Shown here: positions 11,901 to 26,900 of the stretch, one piece after another
Layout: every line of letters starts with the position of its first letter
How positions within the stretch are numbered: the stretch's first letter is position 1
Notes under the pieces: model-generated
Database searches by the model: none
The model's input: the letters and a program-made list of their open reading frames with translations, nothing else
What the model was told of the DNA's origin: nothing
NCBI GenBank assembly: GCA_964016885.1
Contig: OZ024741.1
Span: 410,068,001 to 410,132,000 of the forward strand
Direction: 5' to 3'
From: Eledone cirrhosa
Taxonomy: Eukaryota
DNA: 64,000 bases
Made by a program: the position numbers and the translations under genes

Positions 11901-14900
11901 CCTTGGTATTTAACACCCAATGTTAACCCTACAATGTATACCTTGGTATTTAACAACTAAAGTTAGCCCTACAATGTATACGTTGGTATTTAACAACCAA
12001 TGTTAGCCCTACAATGTATACCTTGGTATTTAACATCCGACACTAGCCCTACAATGTATACCTTGGTATTTAACACCCAACGTTAGACTTCAATGTATAC
12101 GTTGGTATTTAACAACCAATGTTAGCCCTACAATGTATAACTTGGTATTTAACACCCAATTTTAGCCCTACAATGTATACATTGGTATTTAACAACCAAG
12201 GTTAGCCCTACAATGTGTACCTGGGTATTTAACATCCAAGGTTAACCCTACAATGTATACTTTTGTAATTAACAACCATGGTTAGCCCTACTATGTATAC
12301 CATGGTATTTAACATCAGACTCTAGCCCTACAATGTATACCTTGTTATTTAACACCCAATGTTAGCCCTACAATATATACATTGGTATTTAACACACAAA
12401 CTTAGCCCTACAATGTATACCTTGGTATTTAACACCCAATGTTAGCCCTACAATGTATACCTTGGTATTTAACAACAAAGGTTAACCCCACAATGTATAC
12501 TTTGGTATTTAACACCCAATGTTAGACCTACACTGTATACCTTGGTATTTAACACCCAACGTTAGCTCTACAATGTATAGCTTGGTATATAACAACCAAT
12601 GTTAGCCCTACAATGTATACCTTGGTATTTAACACCCAATGTTAACCCTACAATGTATACATTGGTATTTAACAACCAAGGTTAGCCCTACAATGTATAC
12701 GTTGGTATTTAACAACCAATGTTAGCCCTACAATGTATACCTTGGTATTTAACATCCGACACTAGCCCTACAATGTATACCTTGGTATTTAACACCCAAC
12801 GTTAGACTTCAATGTATACGTTGGTATTTAACAACCAATGTTAGCCCTACAAGGTATAACTTGGTATTTAACACCCAATTTTAGCCCTACAATGTATACA
12901 TTGGTATTTAACAACCAAGGTTAGCCCTACAATGTGTACCTGGGTATTTAACATCCAAGGTTAGCCTTACAATGTATACTTTTGTATTTAACAACCATGG
13001 TTAGCCCTACTATGTATTCCTTGGTATTTAACATCAGACTCTAGCCCTACAATGTATACCTTGTTATTTAACACCCAATGTTAGCCCTACAATATATACA
13101 TTGGTATTTAACACACAAACTTAGCCCTACATTGTATACATTGGTATTTAACACCCAGTGTTAGCCCTACAATGTATAGCTTGGTATTTAACAAACAAGG
13201 TTAGCCGTACAATGTATATCTTGGTATTTAAGAACCAAGGTTAGCCCTACAATTATATACGTTGGTATTTAACACCCAACGTTAGCCCTACAATGTATAC
13301 CTTGGCATTTAACAACCATGGTTAGCACTACAATGTATACCTTGGTATTTAACACCCAATGTTAGCCCTACAATGTACACCTGGGTATTTAACAACCAAG
13401 GTTAGCCCTACAATGTGTACCTGGGTATTTAACATCCAAGGCTAGCCCTACAATGTATACATGGGTATTTAACAACCATGGCTAGCGCTACAATGTATAC
13501 CTTGGTATTTAACAAACATAGTAAGCCCTACAATGTATACTTTGGTATTTAAAACCCAATGTTAGCCCTACATGGTATAGCTTGGTATTTAACACCCAAC
13601 GTTAGCCCTACAATGTATACCTTTGTATTTAACAACCAAGATTAGCCCTACAATGTATACCATGGTATTTAACAACCAATGTTAACACTACAATGTATAC
13701 ATTGGTATTTAACACCCAATGTTAGCCCTACAATATATACCTTGGTATTTAACACCCAACGTTAGCCCTACAATGTATACGTTGGTATTTAACAACCAAT
13801 GTTAGTCCTACAATGTATACCTTGGTATTTAACACCCAATGTTAACCCTACAATGTATACATTGGTATTTAACAACCAAGGTTAGCCCTACAATGTGTAC
13901 CTGGGTATTTAACATCCAAGGTTAGCCCTACAATGTATACCTGGGTATTTAACAAACATGGTTAGCCCTACAAAGTATACCTTGGTATTTAACATCCGAC
14001 GCTAGCCCTACAATGTATACGTTGGTATTTAACAACCAATGTTAGCCCTACAATGTATACATTGGTATTTAACACCCAACGTTAGCTCTACAATGTATAG
14101 CTTGGTATTTAACATCCAAAGTTAGCCCTACAATGTATACCTTTGTATTTAACAACCATGGTTATCCCTACTATGTATACCTTGGTATTTACCATCCGAC
14201 TCTAGCCCTACAATGCATACCTTGGTATATAACACCCAATGTTAGCCCTACAATATATACATTGGTATTTAACAGCCAATGTTAGCGCTACAATATATAC
14301 CTTGGTATTTAACACCCAAACTTAGCCCTACAATGTATACCTTGGTATTTAACCCCCAATGTTAGCCCTACAGTGTATACCTTGGTATTTAACACCCGAC
14401 GTTAGCCCTAAAATGTATACCTTGGTATTTAACAACCAAGATTAGCCCTACAATGTATACCATGGTATTTAACAACCAATGATAGCCCTACAATGTATAA
14501 CTTGGTATTTAACATCCAAGGTTAGCCCTACAATGTGTACCTTGGTATTTAACAACCAATCTTAGCCCTACAGTGTATACCTTGGTATTTAACAACCAAG
14601 GTTAGCCCTACAATGTATACGTTGGTATTTAACAACCAATGTTAGCCCTACAATGTATACCTTGGTATTTAACACCCAATGTTAACCCTACAATGTATAC
14701 CTTGGTATTTAACAACCAATGTTAGCCCTACAATGTATACCTTGGTATTTAACATCCGACACTAGCCCTACAATGTATACCTTGGTATTTAACACCCAAC
14801 GTTAGACTTCAATGTATACGTTGGTATTTAACAACCAATGTTAGCCCTACAATGTATAACTTGGTATTTAACACCCAATTTTAGCCCTACAATGTATACA

Positions 14901-17900
14901 TTGGTATTTAACAACCATGGTTAGCCCTACAATGTGTACCTGGGTATTTAACATCCAAGGTTAGCCCTACAATGTATACTTTTGTATTTAACAACCATGG
15001 TTAGCCCTACTATGTATACCATGGTATTTAACATCAGACTCTAGCCCTACATTGTATACCTTGTTCTTTAACACCCAATGTTAGCCCTACAATATATACA
15101 TTGGTATTTAACACACAAACTTAGCCCTACAATGTATACCTTGGTATTTAACACCCAATGTTAGCCCTACAATGTATACCTTGGTATTTAACAACAAAGG
15201 TTAACCCCACAATGTATACTTTGGTATTTAACACCCAATGTTAGACCTACACTGTATACCTTGGTATTTAACACCCAACGTTAGCTCTACAATGTATAGC
15301 TTGGTATATAACAACCAATGTTAGCCCTACAATGTATACCTTGGTATTTAACACCCAATGTTAACCCTACAATGTATACATTGGTATTTAACAACCAAGG
15401 TTAGCCCTACAACGTATACGTTGGTAATTAACAACCAATTTTAGCCCTACAATTTATACTGTGGTATTTAACACCCAATGATAGCCCTACAATGCATACG
15501 TTGGTATTGAACACCTAAACCTAGCCCTACAATGCATACCTTGGTATTTAACAACCAATGTTAGCCCTACAATGTATACCTTGGTATTTAACAAGCAATG
15601 TTAGCCCTACAATGTATACGTTGGTATTTAACACCCAACGTTAGCCCTACGATATATACGTTGGTACTTAACAAACAATGTTAGCCCTACAATGTATACC
15701 TTGGTATTTAACACCCAATGTGAGCCCTACAGTGTATACCTTGGTATTTAACACCCAACGTTAGCCCTACAATGTATACCTTGGTATTTAACAACCAAGA
15801 TTAGCCCTACAATGTATACCATGGTATTTAACAATCAATGATAGCCCTACGATGTATAACTTGGTATTTAACATCCAAGGTTAGCCCTACAATGTGTACT
15901 TTGGTATTTAACAACCAAGGTTAGCCCTACAATGTATACCTTGGTATTTAACACTCAATGTTAAACCTCCAATGTATACCTTGGTATTTAACACCCAATG
16001 TTAGACATAGAATGTATACCTTGGTATTTAACTCCCAACGTTAGCCCTACAATATATACCTTGGTATATAACAACCAATGTTAGCCCTACAATGTATACC
16101 TTGCTATTTAACACCCAACGTTAGACCTACAATGTATACCTTGGTATTTAACAACCAATTTTAGCCCTACAATATATACCTTGGCATTTAACACCCAACG
16201 TTAGCCCTACAATGTATACGTTGGTATTTAACACCCAATGAGAGCCCTACAATACATACCTTCGTATTGAACACCCAAACGTAGCTCTACAATGCATACC
16301 TTGGTATTTAACAACCAATGTTAGCACTACAATGTATACCTTGGTATTTAACAAGCAATGTTAGCTCTACAATGTATACCTTAGGATTTAACAACCAAGG
16401 TTAGGCCTACAATGTGTACCTGGGTATTTAACACCTAATGTTAGCCCTACAATGGTAAACTTGGTATTTAACACCCAATGTTAGCCCTAGAATGTATACC
16501 TTGTTATTTGACACCCAATCTTAGCCCTACAATGTAAACCTTGGTATTTAACACCCAATGTTAGCCCTACAATGTATACCTTGGTATTTAACACCCAATG
16601 TTAGCCCTACAATGTATACGTTGGTATTTAACACCCAATGTTAACTCTACAATGTATACATTGGTATTTAACAACCAAGGTTAGCCCTACAATGTGTACC
16701 TGGGTATTTAACATCCGAAATTAGCCCTACAATGTATAACTGGGTATATAACAAACATGGTTAGCCCTACAATGTATACCTTGGTATTAAACATCCGACA
16801 CTAGCCCTACAATGTATACCTTGGTATTTAACACCCAACCTTAGACTTCAATGTATACGTTGGTATTTAACAACCAATGTTAGCCCTACAATGTATAACT
16901 TGGTATTTAACACCCAATTTTAGCCCTACAATGTATACATTGGTATTTAACAACCAAGGTTAGCCCTACAATGTGTACCTGGGTATTTAACATCCAAGTT
17001 TAGCCCTACAATGTATACTTTTGTATTTAACAACCATGGTTAGCCCTACTATGTATACCTTGGTATTTAACATCAGACTCTAGCCCTACAATGTATACCT
17101 TGTTATTTAACACCCAATGTTAGCCCTACAATATATACATTGGTATTTAACACACAAACATAGCCCTACAATGTATACCTTGGTATTTAACACCCAATGT
17201 TAGCCCTACAATGTATACCTTGGTATTTAACAACCAAGGTTAACCCCACAATGTATACTTTGGTATTTAACACCCAATGTTAGGCCTACACTGTATACCT
17301 TGGTACTTAACACCCAACGTTAGCTCTACAATGTATAGCTTGGTATATAACAACCAATGTTAGCCCTACAATGTATACCTTGGTATTTAACACCCAACGT
17401 TAGCCCTACAATGTATACGTTGGTAATTAACAACCAAGGTTAGCCCTACAATTTATACTGTGGTATTTAACACCCAATGATAGCCCTACAATGCATACGT
17501 TGGTATTGAACACCTAAACCTAGCCCTACAATGCATACCTTGGTATTTAACAACCAATGTTAGCCCTACAATGTATACCTTGGTATTTAACAAGCAATGT
17601 TAGCCCTACAATGTATACGTTGGTATTTAACACCCAACGTTAGCCCTACAATGTATACGTTGGTATTTAACAAACAATGTTAGCCCTACAATGTATACCT
17701 TGGTATTTAACACCCAATGTTAACCCTACAATGTATACATTGGTAGTTAACAACCAAGGTTAGCCCTACAATGTGTACCTGGGTATTTAACATCTAAGGT
17801 TAGCCCTACAATATATACCTGGGCATTTAACAAACATGGTTAACCCTACAATGTATACCTTGGTATTTAACATCCGACGCTAGCCCTACAATGTATACCT

Positions 17901-20900
17901 TGGTATTTAACACCCAAGGTTAGCCCTACAATGTATACGTTGGTATTTAACAACCAATGTTAGCCCTACAATGTATACCTTGGTATTTAACACCCAATGT
18001 TAGCCCTACAATGTATACATTGGTATTTAACAACCAAGGTTAGCCCTACAATGTGTACCTGGGTATTTAACATCCAAGGTTAGCCCTACAATGTATACCT
18101 TTGTATTTGACAACCATGGTTAGCCCTACTATGTATACCTTGGTATTTAACATCCGACTAAAGCCCTACAATGTATACCTTGGTATTTAACACCCAATGT
18201 TAGCCCTACAATATATACATTGATATTTAACACCCAATGTTAGACCTACAATATATACCTTGGTATTTAACACCCAACGTTAGCCCTACAATGTATACCT
18301 TGGTATTTAACACCCAATGTGAGCCCTACAGTGTATACCTTGGTATTTAACACCCAAGGTTAGCCCTACAATGTATACCTTGGTATTTAACAACCAAGAT
18401 TAGACCTACAATGTATACCATGGTATTTAACAATCAATGATAGCCCTACCATGTATAACTTGGTATTTAACATCCAAGGTTAGCCCTACAATGTGTACTT
18501 TGGTATTTAACAACCAAGGTTAGCCCTACAATGTGTACCTTGGTATTTAACACTCAATGTTAAACGTCCAATGTATACCTTGGTATTTAACACCCAATGT
18601 TAGACATACAATGTATACCTTGGTATTTAACTACCAACGTTAGCCCTACAATGGATACCTTGGTATATAACAACCAATGTTAGCCCTACAATGTATACCT
18701 TGCTATTTAACACCCAACGTTAGCCCTACAATGTATACCTCGGTATTTAACAACCAATTTTTGCCCTACAATATATACCTTGGCATTTAACACCCAACGT
18801 TAGCCCTACAATGTATACGTTGGTATTTAACAACCAATGATAGCCCTACAATACATACCTTCGTTTTGAACACCCAAACGTAGCCCTACAATGCACACCT
18901 TGGTATTTAACAACCAATGTTAGCACTGCAATGTATACCTTGGTATTTAACAAACAATGTTAGCTCTACAATGTATACCTTAGGATTTAACAACGAAGGT
19001 TAGGCCTACAATGTGTACCTGGGTATTTAACACCTAATGTTAGCCCTACAATGGTAAACTTGGTATTTAACACCCAATGTTAGCCCTAGAATTTATACCT
19101 TGTTATTTGACACCTAATCTTAGCCCTACAATGTAAACCTTGGTATTTAACACACAATGTTAGCCCTACAATGTATACGTTGGTATTTAACACCCAACGT
19201 TAGCCCTACAATGTATACTTGGTACTTAACAAACAATGTTAGCCCTACAATGTATACCTTGGTATTTAACACCCAATGTTAACCCTACAATGTATACATT
19301 GGTAGTTAACAACCAAGGTTAGCCCTACAATGTGTACCTGGGTATTTAACACCCAATGTTAACCCTACAATGTATACATTGGTAGTTAACATCCAAGGTT
19401 AGCCATACAATATATACCTGGGTATTTAACAAACATGGTTAACCCTACAATGTATACCTTGGTATTTAACATCCGACGCTAGCCCTACAATGTATACCTT
19501 GGTATTTAACACCCAAGGTTAGCCCTACAATGTATACGTCGGTATTTAACAACCAATGTTAGCCCTACAATGTATACCTTGGTATTTAACACCCAATGTT
19601 AGCCCTACAATGTATACATTGGTATTTAACAACCAAGGTTAGCCCTACAATGTGTACCTGGGTATTTAACATCCAAGGTTAGCCCTACAATGTATACTTT
19701 TGTATTTAACAACCATGGTTAGCTCTACTATGTATACCTTGGTATTTAACATCCGAAATTAGCCCTACAATGTATACCTGGGTATTTAACAAACATGGTT
19801 AGCCCTACAATATATACTTTTGTATTTAACAACCATGGTTAGCCCTACTATGTATACCTTGGTATTTAACATCAGACTCTAGCCCTACAATGTATACCTT
19901 GTTATTTAACACCCAATGTTAGCCCTACAATATATACATTGGTATTTAACACACAAACTTAGCCCTACAATGTATACCTTGGTATTTAACACCCACTGTT
20001 AGCCCTACAATGTATACCTTGGTATTTAACAACCAAGGTTAACCCCACAATGTATACTTTGGTATTTAACACCCAATGTTAGACCTACACTGTATACCTT
20101 GGTATTTAACACCCAACGTTAGCTCTACAATGTATAGCTTGGTATATAACAACCAATGTTAGCCCTACAATGTATACCTTGGTATTTAACACCCAACGTT
20201 AGCCCTACAATGTATAGGTTGGTAATTAACAACCAATTTTAGCCCTACAATTTATACTGTGGTATTTAACACCCAATGATAGCCCTACAATGCATACGTT
20301 GGTATTGAACACCTAAACCTAGCCCTACAATGCATACCTTGGTATTTAACAACCAATGTTAGCCCTACAGTGTATACCTTGGTATTTAACAAGCAATGTT
20401 AGCCCTACAATGTATACGTTGGTATTTAACACCCAACGTTAGCCCTACAATGTATACATTTGTACTTAACAAACAATGTTAGCCCTACAATGTATACCTT
20501 GGTATTTAACACCCAATGTTAACCCTACAATGTATACACTGGTAGTTAACAACCAAGGTTAGCCCTACAATGTGTACCTGGGTATTTAACATCCAAGGTT
20601 AGCCCTACAATATATACCTGGGTATTTAACAAACATGGTTAACCCTACAATGTATACCTTGGTATTTAACATCCGACGCTAGCCCTACAATGTATACATT
20701 GGTATTTAACAACCAAGGTTAGCCCTACAATGTGTACCTGGGTATTTAACATCCAAGGTTAGCCCTACAATGTATACCTTTGTATTTGACAACCATGGTT
20801 AGCCCTACTATGTATACCTTGGTATTTAACATCCGACTAAAGCCCTACAATGTATACCTTGGTATTTAACACCCAATGTTAGCCCTACAATATATACATT

Positions 20901-23900
20901 GATATTTAACACCCAATGTTAGACCTACAATATATACCTTGGTATTTAACACCCAACGTTAGCCCTACAATGTATACCTTGGTATTTAACACCCAATGTG
21001 AGCCCTACAGTGTATACCTTGGTATTTAACACCCAAGGTTAGCCCTACAATGTATACCTTGGTATTTAACAACCAAGATTAGCCCTACAATGTATACCAT
21101 GGTATTTAACAATCAATGATAGCCCTACGATGTATAACTTGGTATTTAACATCCAAGGTTAGCCCTACAATGTGTACTTTGGTATTTAACAACCAAGGTT
21201 AGCCCTACAATGTGTACCTTGGTATTTAACACTCAATGTTAAACCTCCAATGTATACCTTGGTATTTAACACCCAATGTTAGACATACAATGTATACCTT
21301 GGTATTTAACTCCCAACGTTAGCCCTACAATGTATACCTTGGTATATAACAACCAATGTTAGCCCTACAATGTATACCTTGCTATTTAACACCCAACGTT
21401 AGACCTACAATGTATACCTCGGTATTTAACAACCAATTTTTGCCCTACAATATATACCTTGGCATTTAACACCCAACGTTAGCCCTACAATGTATACGTT
21501 GGTATTTAACACCCAATGATAGCCCTACAATACATACCTTCGTTTTGAACACCCAAACGTAGCCCTACAATGCATACCTTGGTATTTAACAACCAATGTT
21601 AGCACTGCAATGTATACCTTGGTATTTAACAAGCAATGTTAGCTCTACAATGTATACCTTAGGATTTAACAACGAAGGTTAGGCCTACAATGTGTACCTT
21701 GGTATTTAACACCTAATGTTAGCCCTACAATGGTAAACTTGGTATTTAACACCCAATGTTAGCCCTAGAATGTATACCTTGTTATTTGACACCTAATCTT
21801 AGCCCTACAATGTAAACCTTGGTATTTAACACACAATGTTAGCCCTACAATGTATACGTTGGTATTTAACACCCAACGTTAGCCCTACAATGTATACTTG
21901 GTACTTAACAAACAATGTTAACCCTACAATGTATACATTGGTAGTTAACAACCAAGGTTAGCCCTACAATGTGTACCTGGGTATTTAACACCCAATGTTA
22001 ACCCTACAATGTATACATTGGTAGTTAACATCCAAGGTTAGCCTTACAATATATAGCTGGGTATTTAACAAACATGGTTAACCCTACAATGTATACCTTG
22101 GTATTTAACATCCGACGCTAGCCCTACAATGTATACCTTGGTATTTAACACCCAAGATTAGCCCTACAATGTATACGTCGGTATTTAACAACCAATGTTA
22201 GCCCTACAATGTATACCTTGGTATTTAACACCCAATGTTAGCCCTACAATGTATACATTGGTATTTAACAACCAAGGTTAGCCCTACAATGTGTACCTGG
22301 GTATTTAACATCCAAGGTTAGCCCTACAATGTATACTTTTGTATTTAACAACCATGGTTAGCTCTACTATGTATACCTTGGTATTTAACATCCGAAATTA
22401 GCCCTACAATGTATTCCTGGGTATTTAACAAACATGGTTAGCCCTACAATATATACATTGGTATTTAACACACAAACTTAGCCCTACAATGTATACCTTG
22501 GTATTTAACACCCAATGTTAGCCCTACATGGTATACATTGGTATTTAACAACCAAGATTAGCCCTACAATGTGTACCTGTGTATTTAATAACCAAGGTTA
22601 ACCCTACAATGTATACATTGGTATTTAACAACCAAGGTTAGCCCTACAATGTGTACCTGGGTATTTAACATCCGAAATTAGCCCTACAATGTATATCTGG
22701 GTATTTAACAAACATGGTTAGCCATACAATGTATACCTTGGTATTTAACATCCAACACAAGCCCTACAATGTATACCTTGGTATTTAACACCCAACGTTA
22801 GACTTCAATGTATACGTTGGTATTTTATAACCAATGTTAGCCCTACAATGTATAACTTGGTATTTAACACACAATTTTAGCCCTACAATGTATACATTGG
22901 TATTTAACAACCAAGGTTAGCCCTACAATGTGTACCTGGGTATTTAACATCCAAGGTTAGCCCTACAATGTATACTTTTGTATTTAACAACCATGGTTAG
23001 CCCTACTATGTATACCTTGGTATTTAAAATCCGAAATTAGCCCTACAATGTATACCTGGGTATTTAACAAACATGGTTAGCCCTACAATATATACATTGG
23101 TATTTAACACACAAACTTAGCCCTACAATGTATACCTTGGTATTTAACACCCAATGTTAGCCCTACAATGTATACCTTGGTATTTAACAACCAAGGTTAA
23201 CCCCACAATGTATACTTTGGTATTTAACACCCAATGTTGGACCTACACTGTATACCTTGGTTTTTAACACCCAACGTTAGCTCTACAATGTATAGCTTGG
23301 TATATAACGACCAATGTTAGCTCTACAATGTATACCTTGGTATTTAACACCCAACGTTAGCCCTACAATGTATACGTTGGTAATTAACAACCAATTTTAG
23401 CCCTACAATGTATACCTTGGTATTTAACACCCAATGTTAACTCCACAATGTATACATTGGTAGTTAACAACCAAGGTTAGCCCTACAATGTGTACCTGGG
23501 TATTTAACATCCAAGGTTAGCCCTACAATATATACGTTGGTATTTAACACCCAATGATAGCCCTACAATGCATACGTTGGTATTGAACACCTAAACCTAG
23601 CCCTACAATGCATACCTTGGTATTTAACAACCAATGTTAGCCCTACAATATATACGTTGGTATTTAACAAGCAATGTTAGCCCTACAATGTATACGTTGG
23701 TATTTAACACCCAACGTTAGCCCTACAATGTATACGTTGGTACTTAACAAACAATGTTAGCCCTACAATGTATACCTTGGTATTTAACACCCAATGTTAA
23801 CTCCACAATGTATACATTGGTAGTTAACAACCAAGGTTAGCCCTACAATGTGTACCTGGGTATTTAACATCCAAGGTTAGCCCTACAATATATACCTGGG

Positions 23901-26900
23901 TATTTAACAAACATGGTTAACCCTACAATGTATACCTTGGTATTTAACACCCAAGTTTAGCCCTACAATGTATACGTTGGTATTTAACAACCAATGTTAG
24001 CCCTACAACGTATACCTTGGTATTTAACACCCAATGTTAGCCCTACAATGTATAAATTGGTATTTAACATCCAAGGTTAGCCCTACAATGTATACCTTTG
24101 TATTTGACAACCATGGTTAGCCCTACTATGAATACCTTGGTATTTAACATCCGACGCTAGCCCTACAATGTATACCTTGGTATTTAACACCCAAGGTTAG
24201 CCCTACAATATATACATTGATATTTAACACCCAATGTTAGACCTACAATATATACCTTGGTATTTAACACCCAACGTTAGCCCTACAATGTATACCTTGG
24301 TATTTAACACCCAATGTGAGCCCTACAGTGTATACCTTGGTATTTAACACCCAACGTTAGCCCTACAATGTATACCTTGGTATTTAACAACCAAGATTAG
24401 CCCTACAATGTATACCATGGTATTTAACCATCAATGATAGCCCTACGATGTATAACTTGGTATTTAACATCCAAGGTTAGCCCTACAATGTGTACTTTGG
24501 TATTTAACAACCCAGGTTAGCCCTACAATGTGTACCTTGGTATTTAACACTCAATGTTAAACCTCCAATATATACCTTGGTATTTAACACCCAATGTTAG
24601 CCCTACAATGTATACCTTGGTATATAACAACCAATGTTAGCCCTACAATGTATACCTTGCTATTTAACACCCAACGTTAGCCCTACAATGTATACCTTGG
24701 TACTTAACAACCAATTTTTGCCCTACAATATATACCTTGGCATTTAACACCCAACGTTAGCCCTACAATGTATACGTTGGTATTTAACACCCAATGATAG
24801 CCCTACAATACATACCTTCGTATTGAACACCCAAACGTAGCTCTACAATGCATACCTTGGTATTTAACAACCAACGTTAGCACTACAATGTATACCTTGG
24901 TATTTAACAAGCAATGTTAGCTCTACAATGTATACCTTAGGATTTAACAACCAAGGTTAGGCCTACAATGTGTACCTGGGTATTTAACACCTAATGTTAG
25001 CCCTACAATGGTAAACTTGGTATTTAACACCCAATGTTAGCCCTAGAATGTATACCTTGTTATTTGACACCTAATCTTAGCCCTACAATGTATACCTTGG
25101 TATTTAACACCCAATGTTAACCCTACAATGTATACATTGGTAGTTAACAACCAAGGTTAGCCCTACAATGTGTACCTGGGTATTTAACATCCAAGGTTAG
25201 CCTTACAATATATACCTGGGTATTTAACAAACATGGTTAACCCTACAATGTATACCTTGGTATTTAACATCGGACGCTAGCCCTACAATGTATACCTTGG
25301 TATTTAACACCCAATGTTAGCCCTACAATGTATACGTTGGTATTTAACACCCAACGTTAGCCCTACAATGTATACGTGGTACTTAACAAACAATGTTAGC
25401 CCTACAATGTGTACCTGGGTATTTAATAACCAAGGTTAACCCTACAATGTATACATTGGTATTTAACAACCAAGGTTAGCCCTACAATGTGTACCTGGGT
25501 ATTTAACATCCGAAATTAGTCCTACAATGTATACCTGGGTATTTAACAAACATGGTTAGCCCTACAATGTATACCTTGGTATTTAACATCCGACACAAGC
25601 CCTACAATGTATACCTTGGTATTTAACACCCAACGTTAGACTTCAATGTATACGTTGGTATTTAACAACCAATGTTAGCCCTATAATGTATAACTTGGTA
25701 TTTAACACCCAATTTTAGCCCTACAATGTATACATTAGTATTTAACAACCAAGGTTAGCCCTACAATGTGTACCTGGGTATTTAACATCCAAGGTTAGCC
25801 CTATAATGTATACTTTTGTATTTAACAACCATGGTTAGCCCTACTATGTATACCTTGGTATTTAACATCAGACTCTAGCCCTACAATGTATACCTTATAT
25901 TTAACACCCAATGTTAGCCCTACAATATATACATTAGTATTTAACACACAAACTTAGCCTTACAATGTATACCTTGGTAGTTAACTACCAATGTTAGCCC
26001 TACAATGTATACCTTGGTATTTAACAACCAAGATTAACCCCACAATGTATACTTTTGTATTTAACACCCAATGTTAAACCTACACTGTATACCTTGGTAT
26101 TTAACACCCAACGTTAGCCCTACAATGTATACGTTGGTAATTAACAACCAATTTTAGCCCTACAATTTATACTGTGGTATTTAACATAACACCCAATGAT
26201 AGCCCTACAATGCATACGTTGGTATTGAACACCTAAACCTAGCCCTACAATGCATACCTTGGTATTTAACAACCAATGTTAGCCCTACAATGTATACGGT
26301 GGTAATTAACACCCAACGTTAGCCCTACAATGTATACGTTGGCACTTAACAAACAATGTTAGCCCTACAATGTATACCTTGGTATTTAACACCCAATGTT
26401 AACCCTACGATGTATACATTGGTAGTTAACAACCAAGGTTAGCCCTACAATGTGTACCTGGGTTTTTAACATCCAAGGTTAGCCCTACAATATATACCTG
26501 GGTATTTTACAAACATGGTTACACCTACAATGTATACCTTGGTATTTAACAACCAATGTTAGCCCTACAATATATACCTTCGTATTTGACACCCAATGTT
26601 AGCCCTACAATGTATACATTGGTATTTAACAACCAAGGTTAGCCCTACAATGTGTACCTGGGTATTTAATAACCAAGGTTAGGCCTACTATGTATACCTT
26701 GGTATTTAACAACCAATGATAGCTCTACGATGTATAACTTGGTATTTAACATCCAAGTTTAGGCCTACAATGTGTACTTTGGTAATTAACAACGAATGTT
26801 ACCCCTACAATGTTTACCTTGGTGTTTAACCACCAAGATTAGCCCTACAATGTATACCTTGGTATTTAACAACCAATGTTAGGCCTACAATGTATACCTT

